A stretch of 64,000 nt of DNA from Cenococcum geophilum (GCA_050273025.1 CP158635.1:25172001-25236000), one strand, 5' to 3'; shown: positions 13,856 through 27,441, counted from the first letter of the stretch. The notes: generated by a model from the letters alone, not told the origin. Program-made: numbers and translations.

Positions 13856-14863
13856 GTAGTAGTAGATTCTTTAATTAATGTCTAATACGGATCCTATCTA
13901 GGCCTATGCAGACTACTCTATATATAAGGGAAAAGTAATATTAACGGGAAAAAACCCTTACTATTGGGGGGGAAGGAAAAACCCTATAAGCCACCTTAGT
14001 AGGATAAAAAACCCCGAATTACCATGCTTGCACGTAGCCGCGGCCCTATAGGCCTATAGCTACGTCCTCCTCCTTAGATGTTTTAAATTCCTTAGGAACC
14101 ACTGCTTCCTTCTTTAGCTTATCTAGAGCTAGGGTTTACTACGTCCTAGCTAAGCCTTGCTAATTAATTGCCGTATACTTATAGTTATGTCCTATATCTT
14201 AACTACCCCCTATATACTATCTCTCTTATTAACTATTGCTATATACGCCTTACCTCCCCCCCCCCTAAGGCCTATTAAAGGCGTAAGGGGGATTTATCCA
14301 TTCTAATTACCGTAATACTAATAGTAGGATATTATATGTTGGGTATCTTTTATACCTAGGCCCTAGCTAGGCCCTTTCTAAGGGTTACTACTCTATTAAA
14401 AGGAGATAAGGAAAACCGTGGGTTATAATCTAGGCTGCTAGGTATTTAGTACTTACAAACGGCAAGTGACCGCATGCTCCGCGGGCGATCGCCCTAGGGG
14501 TTAGGAGGGGCCGTATATTTGCTCGTTCGTTCGTTTACGCTTATCTGTTCGTTAATATAAGGTTATTAATACTTTCTATTAGGGTTTTTAGGGATATTAT
14601 TACAAACTACTTATCTATGTTGGATTGTATAGGTGCCCTAGATAGAATAGTATAGTAGTCGTTATATTATAGAGGGCTAATAGTAGTGGTTTTTAAGATC
14701 TCACCATCCGAAAATTTTTTACTACCGCCCTTGACGTCCATAACCACCACCAGGTCCTGTCCGCACGCTACGCGACGTCTCTACATTGGCTCTGGATCTA
14801 AACTTCAAAGACTAGGTTTGTAGCCGTCACTACATATAGGTGCAGAGTCCGATTTTGACGGCC
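13856..14863 (-). mobile_element. ~1 kb non-autonomous non-LTR (SINE-like) element, copy 1
   Basis: 12-bp TSD AAGTTAAGTCTA (13844-13855, 14864-14875); (TAC)n tail; 3' end resembles the LINE 3' end at 5870-5933; no ORF. Confidence 0.8.
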
Positions 14864-15429
14864 AAGTTAAGTCTATATATAACTTCTAAAATCTTTACTA
14901 TAATTTTAAATAGTCCTAGTCTAATATAGTCTAACTTCTTACTTAGTTATTAACTCTTAAAATTTTAGTATAGTAGCTATACTTTATCCCCCTCCTTAAG
15001 ATCTAGTCCCTTAGATCTCTTAGTGTTATAATATCTAGTTATTCATTCTTATACTATTTTTGCTATAAAGTAGAGGTCTTTATTCTTTCCTTTATTATAC
15101 TACTTATTTTCTTTACTTATTATAGTAATAATAATATTCTAGGCTTATATCCATAATTTGCCTAAAATAGTAATATCTATATACCTTCCTATGGTGTTAT
15201 ATTATATATAAACTATATAACTAGTAATAGTAATACCTAATTATTTTATCTATCTATCGCAGTCACGTAAGGGGATATTTTAATTTTTGTATGATTGGGA
15301 GGCGCAGGGCTATAAGGTCGCTCTAGGGCTAGTTCTTAGCAGTTTTGCTAATTCCTAGCACTCAAATCTGCTAAGGATTTGCCCTAAAGCGGCCAGATGT
15401 CCCCAAGCGAAGCTCCTACGCCCAACAAG

Positions 15430-15610
15430 ACATTACCGCATTCTGCTATATTCTGCCAAATTCTGCCACCTTGTCGCATTCTGCCAAATTCTGCCACATT
15501 ATCGCATTCTACCAAATTCTGCCATATTATCGCATTCTGCCAAATTCTGCTATATTATTACATTCTGCCAAGTTCTGCCATATTGTCGTATTCTGCTATA
15601 TTCTGCCGAC
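15430..15610. repeat. ATTCTGCCA(A) ~10-bp tandem repeats in the DIRS 3' region
   Basis: Directly visible; source of ORF 15397-15615. Confidence 0.85.
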
Positions 15611-15779
15611 CCTAAGTTATAAGCTAACCAATTAGGATTTTCTATGCCCGGCATAGAAAATCGCTATTAGCTCGCTTACCACTAGCGCCTTAGCGGCCCT
15701 CTTAACATCTTAACCTATTACGTAGTAATCCTTACGCTAAGAGCGGTATACTACGCTAAAAGTAAGAGTTAAGGCGACG

Positions 15780-16720
15780 GAGGTTAGTAGTCTTAGTCCT
15801 AATATATAGGCGAAAGGCTTCTAATAACCACCGACCTAGCTACTGAATTTGCTGGTATAAACACCCTAAATCTTTAGCGAACTGGGCAGCGCCCTAGCGG
15901 AAGGAGTAGTTTAAGTAACTACTTAGGTTAATCCCAGTAGCTACTAGATAGGAGGAAAGGATCTTACGAACCCCTAGAGAGGCAAAGGGTTTACCATTAA
16001 GACTAAATAAGGGAAAGTTAAGGGGTTAAGGGTCCCTATTAAACAGCTTTATTATAGCAGCAACTGGGCATAATAGGCCGCCTACCGCCGCAATAGCGAC
16101 GTTAACGCCCTAGTATTGCTTGTCGGCTTTACTCTATTTAAGGCGGAATATTATCCTACCAGGCGTAAAGGTAATATTATATCAAGTAGCCTTTTTCGCT
16201 AGGAAGGTCGTTCGGTTCTTAAGCTCCGCCGTAGTATACGTGATCTCGCCTATCTATAGAAATCCGGCAAATGCGAGGGTAAATGCGGCATTAGTATTGA
16301 CATCTAGTAGCAATAGGCCGTGTGTCACTACCTAGGCTAGAATGTCCCTAGTAATGGGTTGCTTATCCTTTTTTGCTAAGGGAGAGATAGCGGCTGCTCC
16401 GGCGAGTAATCAGTATACTATAGGATCCTTAAATGCTGCAATTAAGATGCCGTAATCCATATGGCGCGAGCGAATTGCGGAGATATAGGCTTATAAGGTT
16501 TCGGCCTTAAGCCTACCTATCTATAGCTAGGAGGTACTAAACGCGCGGCGGGCAATCCATTCGCCTAGTTCACGCGGCTTAGCCGGGTAGGGGGAGACTT
16601 CTTTAAGTGCGCAGTATGACTCCTAGCTGTTAACTGCTAAGGAATAGTTCCTATAGGTTGCTGGCGTAAGGCCGTTTTAGAGAAGGAGCGCGTAGAGGTC
16701 GGATGGCGCGTTAATATTAT
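15780..16720 (-). pseudogene. Tyrosine recombinase of the DIRS-like element
   Basis: 'NGLTPATYRNYS', 'AFTLAFAGFL', 'SKADKQY*GV', 'YCPVAA' and the H-x-x-R / LGRW / Y catalytic region; RIP stops. Confidence 0.8.
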
Positions 16721-19700
16721 CTTTAAAGTTTATAGGCGGTTATAAGTAGTCTGTTAGGTTTACGGCACCTATTAAAAACTTATTAGCTTTAGTAGTAATA
16801 AATTAAGGGCCTAGTATAGGTAGAACTAATAGATAGCCGCGGCCTGGAATTAAGATAGTGTATTAGCTAAGCCATTTAAATTACCTGGGATCCACTTCGC
16901 GGATATTATAATATTATAAGCTATAGCAGCTAGTATAATCTTGCGGAGCGATTTATTTACTATACTACAGACAACAGTCTTCTTAATGCCCTGGTAAACT
17001 ACTATGCTATTAGTATAAATAGATAGCGCGCTATATTGCTAGTTAGTAGACTATAGATTAAATACGTAAGTAATAGCATACATCTCTTTTGGATTAATAT
17101 GGTCTACTTATTAACTGGGCTTAGGCAATATGCTAAACGCCTAAGATTAAGGGAGGTTGGCTGTATACTACTACCAGTTATCCTTATATTTAAGTTCCTT
17201 AAAAAAGTAAAAGCCGCTAAACCTAAACTAGGTAAAGGCGTTAGTAAAGAAATAAATATAGGTATGCTTAACATCATTAAAGAATAATACCCCATTACTT
17301 ATAGTAAGTAGGTCAAGCTAGACATATAAGTCACTTCGCAACTTAGTGCTAAATCGCCTAGGTTTATACTTATTTGCTAAAGTCTCCGGCTAAGCAGTAA
17401 TAAAGATTTAAAGGGATTTAGAGTAAAATCAACCAAGTCTAATTATATAGGCGCACTATGCAAGGTAGCCCGCAAGCTGCTAGGCTTAAAGGAACAATAA
17501 TAAGCCGTATTAGAGTGCGGTAGTGACTTTCTCAATAGTATATAATTATTTCTATAGTAATAATCGCGTTTACATTTGTACGGTGTTAATAGTGTATCCT
17601 AGAACTTTAATAATAGTTCCTGCTATGTCTTTAGAGCCATTTTAAGGGATACCTAGGGAGTTAGTAACAGAGATATAAGTCTGGGTAACAGCCGCTAAGT
17701 TATTTAGGTTGGCAAGAATAAAAATAAAGTTATCTAGGTAGTATTCCACCTTGCAAGGCAGTTATAAATAAAGTATCCAGTACAGGCCTTCCGCGAAGAG
17801 GTTAAATATAAGCGGCGCAGTTCGAAGACCAAAGAATAGGCAGCATTCCTAGTAGGTAATACCTTCCTAGGAGAAGCCTATTAATGTTTTTACCCTATAA
17901 GATAGGGGGACTATACAGAACGCGTCTTTAATATCTCTTTTAAGCAGTAGACATCTACGACCTGCAGAAATAACGTAGGCTTAAATAGCGGTAACTATAG
18001 TGTATACTAGTGCTCCATATTCTTCTGGGATTATGTCATTAACTAAAAATGCTAGTAGAAAGGAGAGATCGTGAATTCGGCGGTATCCACCATCCGATTT
18101 TAGCACTAGGCCAAGAGGTAAGACTATAATAGGCCCTATCGTAATTCTAATGTGTCCTTTTTTAAGGTCTAATATTATCTTTTTAGAGATAAGGTCGGCG
18201 TTATCCTAAGAGGAGTTGTAGTTCCTATAAGATCTTGGGGTAGGGATAAACTTAGCTCCTATCTCGCAGCTATAGGTTAGGATGCCTACTAAGGTGGCTA
18301 GTAGATTGCCCGGGTAGTTAGATAGAAGGGAGTACCACGCTAAGATCCTTAGGGGTAATAGAGAGTGGTAGAAAGCCTTCGCCTCTATAAAGGTAGAGAA
18401 TAATAATAACGTATTAGGCCTAGGTCCTAGGCGTGTAATTAAAGTTGGTATTATTATTAGGCTAGACCCTACTTTATAAGGTTCGCCTTACTGTTTCTAG
18501 GCGCAAGCTTTAAATAATATAGTGTAATCTTTACTATACTTTAAGCACTTATACGGGTATTTACAAGCTATATTATCGCAGCCTCTACTATTAAACCTAC
18601 GGCAGGTATTAAAGGTATAGAAGGTATCCAACCTAGGTCTCTTTAAGGCGGCAAAGCCGATAGTACTAGACATTATAAGGTATGGCGCTGTATACTAGGC
18701 TAGCATTTGCCAATTAGCGGGCTCTAGTTGGCCATTGGTTATTATAAAGGTATAATAGTTAAGTACTAAGTTAAGTATACAACCTACCTAGATATACTAG
18801 GTTAATAAGGTACAAATTATGTTTATCTAGAGAAGCATACTAGCGATAAGGTCCAGCGGGCATATATAGAGGGTGCCAGTAATAACCACGTAGTTAGTAA
18901 AACCTTTAAACCAGACGCCTTTATCTACAAATAGCTTCCTATCTACCTTTGCCTTCCTTATAACTAGAGTACCATTCTCAATCCATATCTTATTAGCGAT
19001 CTTAATTTAAGCGGTATAGACTCAAAAACAGGCGAGGTTTACTAGATCGAAGGTACCCTTAAAAATGTCCAGGTAATCCCTTTTTATAACACCAGGAAGG
19101 CGGAGTTTAAGCGACTTTACACCAGAAGGGAGAGGCTCACTAAGGACATTAGCTATAGTAGCTATTATAGTGGCCTATAAGGCCGAAGCGGCCAAGCCTA
19201 ACTATAATTAAGCCATTCGAGCTAGGTAGTATTTATGCTAGCAAGCCTCCTCTGCTAGGCGGGCTTCGCGCTCTTCCTTATACTTCTAAATCTCCCTTTT
19301 ATCTCAGGCTTGTTCCCTTTGCTCTTTAGCAATTTCGCGCTTTTCTACGGCAGCGGCGCGTATATTAGCCTCGGACGGCATTATAGAACCAGTAAAGGAG
19401 GGTGTAGCGGTTGTAGACAATAGTGTAGTTAAGGTAGGTTGTCTAGGTGGGTTTGCTCGTTGGGATTATACACGCATATAAGTCTCCCAGTTAGTTATAA
19501 GCGGTAATAGCGTTATAAAATAATTCTCAAATAAATGGATAATAAATGTATAATAAATATTAATAAGTTTAGCAATATTAAAAGCGAATTAGCCACGTAG
19601 TGACTGCGTTCGATATTCGCGAATATTGCGGGAGGTCTCAGCATTGTGCGTTGCTAAGGTAGATGCTGCCAAGCAATATATAGACGCTAGTATATATAAT

Positions 19701-19951
19701 TAATATAACGCCTTAAATACTATTCTAGTGTCTAGTTTAATCTTTCTATTTAACCGTCTATCTATAGGTAATATATAGTTAATATTACTACTTAAACCCC
19801 TTATTCTACTAAGAATACCTCCTAGAATACTGCTATAAATCTTAGATCTCTATCCGATATAATCTTATTTAGTACTCTATATCTTATAAATACTTCCTTA
19901 ATATAGATTCTAGCGATATCTTCTACTAAGATTTCTTCCGTATATGCTATA

Positions 19952-20376
19952 TGTTACGGACGCTTTAAGTACAATATTATGACTACTTGGAGAAGAGTTG
20001 GAAGAAGCTAGTTAGTTAATAAGAGCACGGTCCAGGATAGATCCGGTAGAACTATGTGACGAAAAATGGTAAGCAAGTCACATAACATACTACGTATTAA
20101 ACGAGAGGAACGAGAGGAACTCACGTACCTTATATATAACACGTATATTACGTACAAGAAGGATTTCATAGGAGTACGGTTGTGTATTTAAGGACCCTTA
20201 GTCCCTACCTAGATAGTTCCTTCCTTATAGTAATTCTTAGAATACAATTAGAGTTAATCTGTTAGGCAACCACTCCACCAGTTATTATTACGTTGTTAAC
20301 TTTTATACTTGCATTTCCTACACACCTAGCCCAATAATAGGACCTACCGTAGTTCCTGCTACAAGGTTCCGTTATA
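19952..20376 (+). repeat. 5' LTR of Gypsy A copy 3
   Basis: TGTTAC...GTTATA; direct repeat of 27550-27974. Confidence 0.92.
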
Positions 20377-23300
20377 CAATCACTACCTAGTTATAGTATC
20401 AATACAAAAGGTCGAATAATATACCACCAAAAGCAGCCACCACAACGCCATCAACGGCAGCAACTACATTGAGGTTAGGTAACGACACTAGTATAGCAGA
20501 CACTAACTCATAGCAACCTATAACGGTCGGACAACTATAAGAGATAGTTAACCGGTTGACAGAAAATAACGTAATGTTAGAAAATAGAATTAACGGGATA
20601 GGCGCAGTAAAGGTTAAGTTACCATCAATTAAAAGGTACTTAGGAGAGAGATTAAAGCTTAAAGGATTCCTTATATAAATGCACTTTAAGGTCGCGCAAG
20701 AGGGAGCAAAGCTGGCAACACCTATGGATTAAATAGCCTATGTAGGATTATTCTTAATAGGAAGAGCACTTAAGTAGTTTAAGCCTTACCTTACAGAGAT
20801 ATAAGCAAACGGCATAATAACTACGAACTAAGAGGTACGGTTTATGTTCTTAAGCTAGAATAGATTTGTAGAGCGACTTACGCAAATATTCGGAGACCTA
20901 GAGGCAGTAACCACGGCGGAAAAAAAACTCTAAAACATTACGTAATGAACCTTAGCAATTAAGTACATAATATAGTTCCAGACGTTAGTAATATAAGTTA
21001 AGTGGAATAATAGGGCGCTTATGGCATAGTATAAACAGGGACTTAAGGCTAAAGTCTAGGACGTAATTATTCTAATAGAAGATGCGGACACCCTAAGGGA
21101 ACTAATAGATTAGGCGATTAAGATTAATAATTAGATCTACCAAAGAGAGCAGGCTAAGAAAGGCTAAGACAGAGTTCTATAGTCGTATAAGGCGTAGAGT
21201 ACGTAATAACAAAAGCCAAGTTAAAAACCATAGTATGGCGCAGAGCTAATAGACCTAAGTAGTACCAGAGAAGCCTATAAGAAAGGGAGTAAACTATAGA
21301 AACCTAAAGGACAAGGATTAAGTAATTAAAGGTCTAAGGAGTAGAGGCTAAATTAGGGATCTTAACAGCAGAAGACATTTAGGCGGACTCTATAGCAAGA
21401 AAAATGGTTTAAAGAAGGAGCTTACATAAATTATGGAAAACAGGGTCACTACGTTAGAGACTGTAAAAGTGGGCAGAGTTACTATATAGTAAGGGGCATG
21501 AGACTAGCAGACAACATATACGTATAAAGGGACGACAATATGCTATAAGGAATAAAGGAGTGTTTAATTAAAAGTTTTGCGTTTTATTATAACAACGCAT
21601 GCCGAATTCATAAGGACGCTAAGTACGGCGTAAGCTATTAGCCATAAGAGCCAAAGTTAAGAGGACTTAAAGGAACTATAGAGTTAGATAAAGAACAGGA
21701 TCGACTCTATAAGCTAGATTAGGATATTACAGTAACGTGCGGATAATAATTAGTAACAATGACAATGGAGTTGGAGTACTTATTAATTAATAGCAACGAG
21801 GATAGTAAAGGAACTAACTAGGGGTATCTAAACCTCAATAACGCAATAGAAGTAGAGACTAAGACTGCTATAAAGTAAGGATCAGTAACGGGTATCATAA
21901 CACCGTTAGATACGGCATCCATCGCTTTATAAGACGGAAGGAGTAATATCTAGAGACGATTAAGCAAGCAGACGACTGCTAGTGCTAGCTCACCACTTAA
22001 TAAAGGCAAAAGGCCAAAGACTTAAGATTCTTATAACGAGATAAGAGACGACCAAGATTCTTAAGAAAAGATAAGGTAAGCTTAAGGACCTACTACGGAC
22101 GAAAACCGATGGAGCAGAGCAGCAGCTTAGTTCAGCAATATACGAATAAGCTTAGGACAAGAGTTCCCAACGGTACAAGATTCTCAAGATAAGATAAGTG
22201 AGATTTAAGATTCTTAAGATAAGATAAGAACACTACGGACGCCTAATTGGACTAAGGCGGGAGCTAAGCTTAAATTAGAAGCAAGCTTAGGATTAAAGAA
22301 TCTAAGGGATTAAGAATTCGGAGTACGAATTAGGACACCCATAAGTAAGAGGCAAGGAGCTTCTTTATAGATTAGAGAATCTGCAATACAGACAGCAGTT
22401 AGATTAAAAGACAAGTATATAGACCTAGAGGACCTACCAGGAGAATATAGTATTCAGCCTAAAGATCGAAAGTTTGATACCAAGATCAAGAAGCAAGAGA
22501 ACTTTAAGGATTTAAGCGCGAGACGCAAACTAAAAGAAACCATAGAAGAATTTAGGCAAAGAATTATTATATAACAAGAACAGAAACTAGATAAGAGATC
22601 TAGCACATTAGGACGTATAAAGGACAGAGTACTAGTATAAAGAATTACCAATAGGCCTAGGGTAGGCATACTAAAAGCTAAGTGGCTTACCGAACTGGAA
22701 AATAAAGAAGATCTAGGGATTCCAATTAGATTCAAAGAACAATATATAAAGGGCTGTTATAATGCAGTAATAAGAAGATACTTCCTTACGGATAAGCCGT
22801 ATATACTCCAGTAGCTATACTAAAAGTAGTATAGATAAAGGCATAATAATAAGTGGGAAGATTTCTATATATGGTTAGATAAAAAAGTTATCTAGGACCA
22901 CCTAATTATAGAAAAGGCTATAAATTATATCAAAGGAGCCTTAATTATAACGTTAAAGGATCTAGAGGAGCGTTTAGAGGACTAGAGAAGTAAAAGGCGA
23001 ATCTCAGTGCCTATAAACAAAGTTATAACATTTAGATCAGCATAATAAAGGTTTAAACTTAAGGATAAAAACAAGCTAAGAGTTAACCTAAAGCACCTAG
23101 CACACTATACGTTATTATGGATCGCGTATATAGATAATATATACAAAATGCATAAGAATCCAAAAGAAAAGAATTGGAAGTACCCTATAAGGATATACTG
23201 GATAATAGATAAGCGATAGTATAGGAATACTAAATATATATATAAATGGCATCCAGCAGAAGTCCAAGAGGAAGGAAGTTTAGCACTTTAACTAAGAAGA

Positions 23301-26300
23301 TTCCTTACGGAAGAATACTTAGACGGACAATAGTGGTAGGAATGCCTAGAGAATATATATCTATAGCATATTAAAGATAAAAAGCAAACTAGGCATTAGC
23401 TAAAGAGTAAGCCAAGCACACTAGGATCTAATAGCTAATGATTAGGAAAAGTAGAGGCCTACGGGACCAGAGGGAGCCAGTAGTAGAGCCTTAGACCCTT
23501 AAGGGAATTTGGGGACAATACCTAAATTTATAAGTTAAATGGCAAGATCAATAATTTAAGGCATTAATAGATAGTAGAGTAATAAGGAACTATATCTCGC
23601 TAGCAGTAGTTAAGAGAATAGGGCTACCTCACAAATAGAAGGAGCAACCTTACCTATTAGTTATGATTTTAGGAGATCCAATAGCCTACGGAGAAGGGAT
23701 CATTAATCTTAAAATAGGACCTATTTAGATAACTATTAAAGGAAGACGAATTGAGATGTCTTTTAATATCCTACCATTAGGACGAGACAAGGCAGTATTA
23801 GGCATGCCTTGGTTATAGGAATACAATCTAAGGATTGATTGGATTATAGGTCAAGTTAATATTAGAGATACTTAACGCCGCAAAATGCGATAATAAGTTA
23901 AGATGGTATAGTACCAAGTCGGAGCGACATATAAAGAGATTAAGTGAGGCTTAAGTTATATACTAAAGAGATACCACAAGTATAGTAAGAAACTATAGTT
24001 ACCGGAAAGTAAAAAGCTGTTAGAGTATGTAGTATAGGACTATAAGATAGAATTAGAACTAGGAATAAGTCTAAAGTTCTTTCTAATCTACAAGCTTACC
24101 GAAGAGGAAGGTAGAGCATTAAAAGAGTTTATCTAGGAAAACTTATAAAAGGGATATATTAGACCATCGCAGTCATTAGCGGGATATCCAGTACTATTTG
24201 TACTAAAGAAGAATGGCAAACTAAGGCTGTGTATCGACTACAGGCAGTTAAATAGCATTACTAGAAAGGATAGGTATCCTTTACCCTTAATTAGCAAAAT
24301 CTAAGACAGGATAGGCAACGCGTAAATCTTTATAAAGATAGATCTGAGATAGGCGTACCATCAGATTAGAATTAAGGAAGGCAATAAATAAAAGGCAGCC
24401 TTTAAATCAAAGGAAGGACTATATAAACCATTAGTTATATAATTCGGGCTTATAAACGCACTAGCAACATTCCAGAAGCGTATTAACAATATATTAGGAG
24501 AACACTTAGATAAATTTGTTATGGTATACCTTAACGATATTATTATCTACTTAATAACTAAGGAAGAATACGGGGAACACGTAGAGTAGGTCTTAAAGAG
24601 ACTATAAGAAGAATAGATGCCAGTAGCAATTAAGAAATGCGAGTTCTTCACCAGGAAGACCAATTTCGTAGGATTTATTATTAAACTAGGCTAACTTAGT
24701 ATAGATCTAAAGAAGATCGAGGCTATAGTAAATTAGCAAGAACTAGAGAACGTTATATAGTTAAAATCATTCCTAGGGTTTTATAATTACTGCAGAAGGT
24801 TTATAGCGCAATAGTTAAAGGATATTAAGCTATTTATATAATTAACAAAGAAAGGAGAACTATAGGCATAGGAAGAGGAACAGCGAGAGCTCTTTAAGAA
24901 AATTAAAGAGTTATTTACCCAGGAGCCAGTTCTTAAGATCTATTAACTAGAACTAGAGATAGTTATAGAAACAAATACATCAGACTATATACTAGGGGTA
25001 TACTTTATACAAAAACATTAAAATAAATAGCACCCAGTGGCATATTATAGTCGGAAAATAACACCACTAGAGTTAAACTATAACATCTACAACAAGGAGT
25101 TATTAGGTATAGTTATAGTATTAAAGGAATAGAGAGCATTCTTACAAGACACAGAGAAACTATTTATAGTTAAGACAGATCATAAAAACCTAATAGGATT
25201 CCTAATAATAAAGGAACTTAACTAAAGATAGGTTAGATAGGCAGAGATACTTACAGAATACCATTTCAAGATTTAGTATACTAAGGGTACAGACAACACG
25301 CGGGCAGATGCTCTAAGCCGTAAAGCTAAACTACAGAACAATAAGAAGCCATTAGGGGCTTTACTACAAAAAGATATAAACGGATTAATCAGATATAATT
25401 ATCCAAAAATTACAGCAACTTAAGAAGATAAACTAAAGGGAGTTTATAAGTTACTAGAAAGCTTTTAGGTATAAAGAATTCTAGAAGCACAGCTAAAAGA
25501 TCCACAGTTAGATATGTACGAAAACCGAGAAGTAAAGTATATCCCAAGAAGCATAGCAGAGTAGTTCGTGGAAGACTTCTATAAGGGATTAACTTAAGGA
25601 CACAATGGAGCCACGGGCTTAGTGTCAAGACTCCAGGAAGAATATATTATTGATAAAATCTAGAGGATAGCTAGAAAGGTCACTAAGGAATATCTAGATT
25701 GCTAAAGGAATAAACTAATAAGGCACAAGCCATACGGAGGGCTACAACCTATTAAAACACCAGAAAGACCATGGGAGGTCATATTATAGGACTTTATCGT
25801 TAAGTTACCAAGGTTAAGAAATCCTATTACCGGACAAGATTATAACGCAATCTTAGTAATAGTAGACAAGCTTACAAAGTGGGGATACTTTATAGCATGC
25901 ACAGAAGAAATCTTAGTAGAGGATATCGCTAGAATCTATATTAAAGAAGTGTTTATAAGATATGGAGCACTAAGCAAAATTATATTGGATAGAGATCTAA
26001 GATTTATAGTAGCATTCTAGGAGGTATTCTTAGCGGAGTAAGGAGTTTAAGCAGCAACTTCCACCGTATATCATCCGCAGATAGACGGTTAAACGGAAAA
26101 ACTAAATTAGACACTAGAGCAATATCTAAGGCATTATATTAATTATGCACAGAACAATTAGGTATCGCTATTACTAGTTATATAGTTTATATATAATACA
26201 ACACCTTAAGAAGGGATAGGTATATTACCATTTAAGGCAAATTATAGATATAAGCTAAGAATATCGTTGTTACTACAATAAGTGAAGAAAACGAGTAGCA

Positions 26301-26825
26301 CAGCTAAAGAAAGAATAAAGACGTTAATGAATCTTTATATAGACCTTATAGAATTAGCAAAAAAGATACAAAAAAGAATAAAAAAGTACTATAACACTAA
26401 GAGATCTAAGGGACCAGATCTTAAGGAGGGAGATAAAGTATAACTACTATACAAAAATTTCAAAAGTCGACGACTAAGCAAGAAGTTGGACTACGTCAGA
26501 CTAGGACCTTTCAAAATTATATAAAGGATTTCACCGGTTACGTTTAAGTTAAACCTACTAGCTAAAATGAAGATCTACCCTATATAACACATTATAATGC
26601 TAGAGCCAGTATACGGGAATATTGAGTTACTAGTTTACGAAGCAGATATATATAGAGGATAAGAAGAAGACAAATGGCAAGTTTTAAAGATCGTTGGTTA
26701 TAAGGACATTAACGATGAAATATAGTATAAGGTTAAGTGGATAGGCTATACTAAGACTACCTAGGAGCTACTAGAGAATTTAAAGAACGCTATAGGAAAG
26801 GTATAGGAGTATCGGAAGAGATTAG

Positions 26826-27441
26826 GTTAGGCAGCATTAATAAAAATAGATCGCCAAAGAACAAGCCACCTAAGGGGGACTTAAGAAGAGTAGTTGCCGA
26901 ACTACTTAGATCTATTTCCTTCTCTGTTAGAAGAAAGTCCGTTCTTTTATTGCTAAGTTCCTATAAACCTTATTCTATAAGTTTCCACTCCTTAGAACGG
27001 ACCTTCTTACGCACTTTCTTAAGACAAAGCAGCCGAGCGGACGCCGTAATGCGAGCATCTAGGGCCTTCTGCTCAGCATCACGAAAACGCTCAAGCTTAG
27101 CAAGAGCCTACGCTAGATTACCATTAAGCTTCGCAGTAGTAGATTAAACACAAGACCCTATAATAGATTACTTAGGGAACTTAAAGACTATTAAGAGTAA
27201 TAGGACGCGTATACTTAGCGTTGGAAGTAGAATGGACGTTATAGGAGGAATAAACGTTTACTTTAGTGCACTCTAAATAAGAGGATAGTTGCTAAGATAA
27301 AGGACTCGCCAACGCAATATAGACTAACCCCTCTTTCGCACAGCGAGAATACGGAGATGGCATAATCTCACTAAGAGACAGTATCGCAGCAATAGTACAA
27401 GCACGACGTTGCGCATTCGAGGAAGAAGAGGCTTTAGGCAT
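26826..27441 (-). pseudogene. Antisense accessory ORF of Gypsy A: Zn2Cys6-like N-terminus plus coiled coil, probable intron
   Basis: MPKASSSSNAQRR...SP[C]SRCAKEGLV[C]...SS[C]LECTKVNV.SS[C]NV (bracketed C restored from TAT), then after a ~55-nt frame-shifting gap a helical 'LERFRDAEQKALDARITASARLL...KVRKKVRSKEWKL'. Confidence 0.6.

Larger units (their letters stand above)
15250..19690 (-). mobile_element. Tyrosine-recombinase retrotransposon (DIRS/Ngaro-like): gag - RT/RNase H - YR
   Basis: YR motif 'YSFR*GAAQFAKDLG...LGRWLLEAFRLY' (~15800-15910); RT 'FFGLRTAPLIFNLF' and 'YYLDNFIF' (17720-17840); RNase H 'FTNAFTLFRFSGF' (~17210-17250); flanked by TAT on both sides inside Gypsy A. Confidence 0.88.

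Noticed and set aside
15397..15615. 72-aa ORF
   Set aside because: Translation of the ATTCTGCCA repeats.
15780..16720. Starship captain or Crypton tyrosine recombinase
   Set aside because: It is directly linked to RT/RNase H and gag, so it belongs to a YR retrotransposon.
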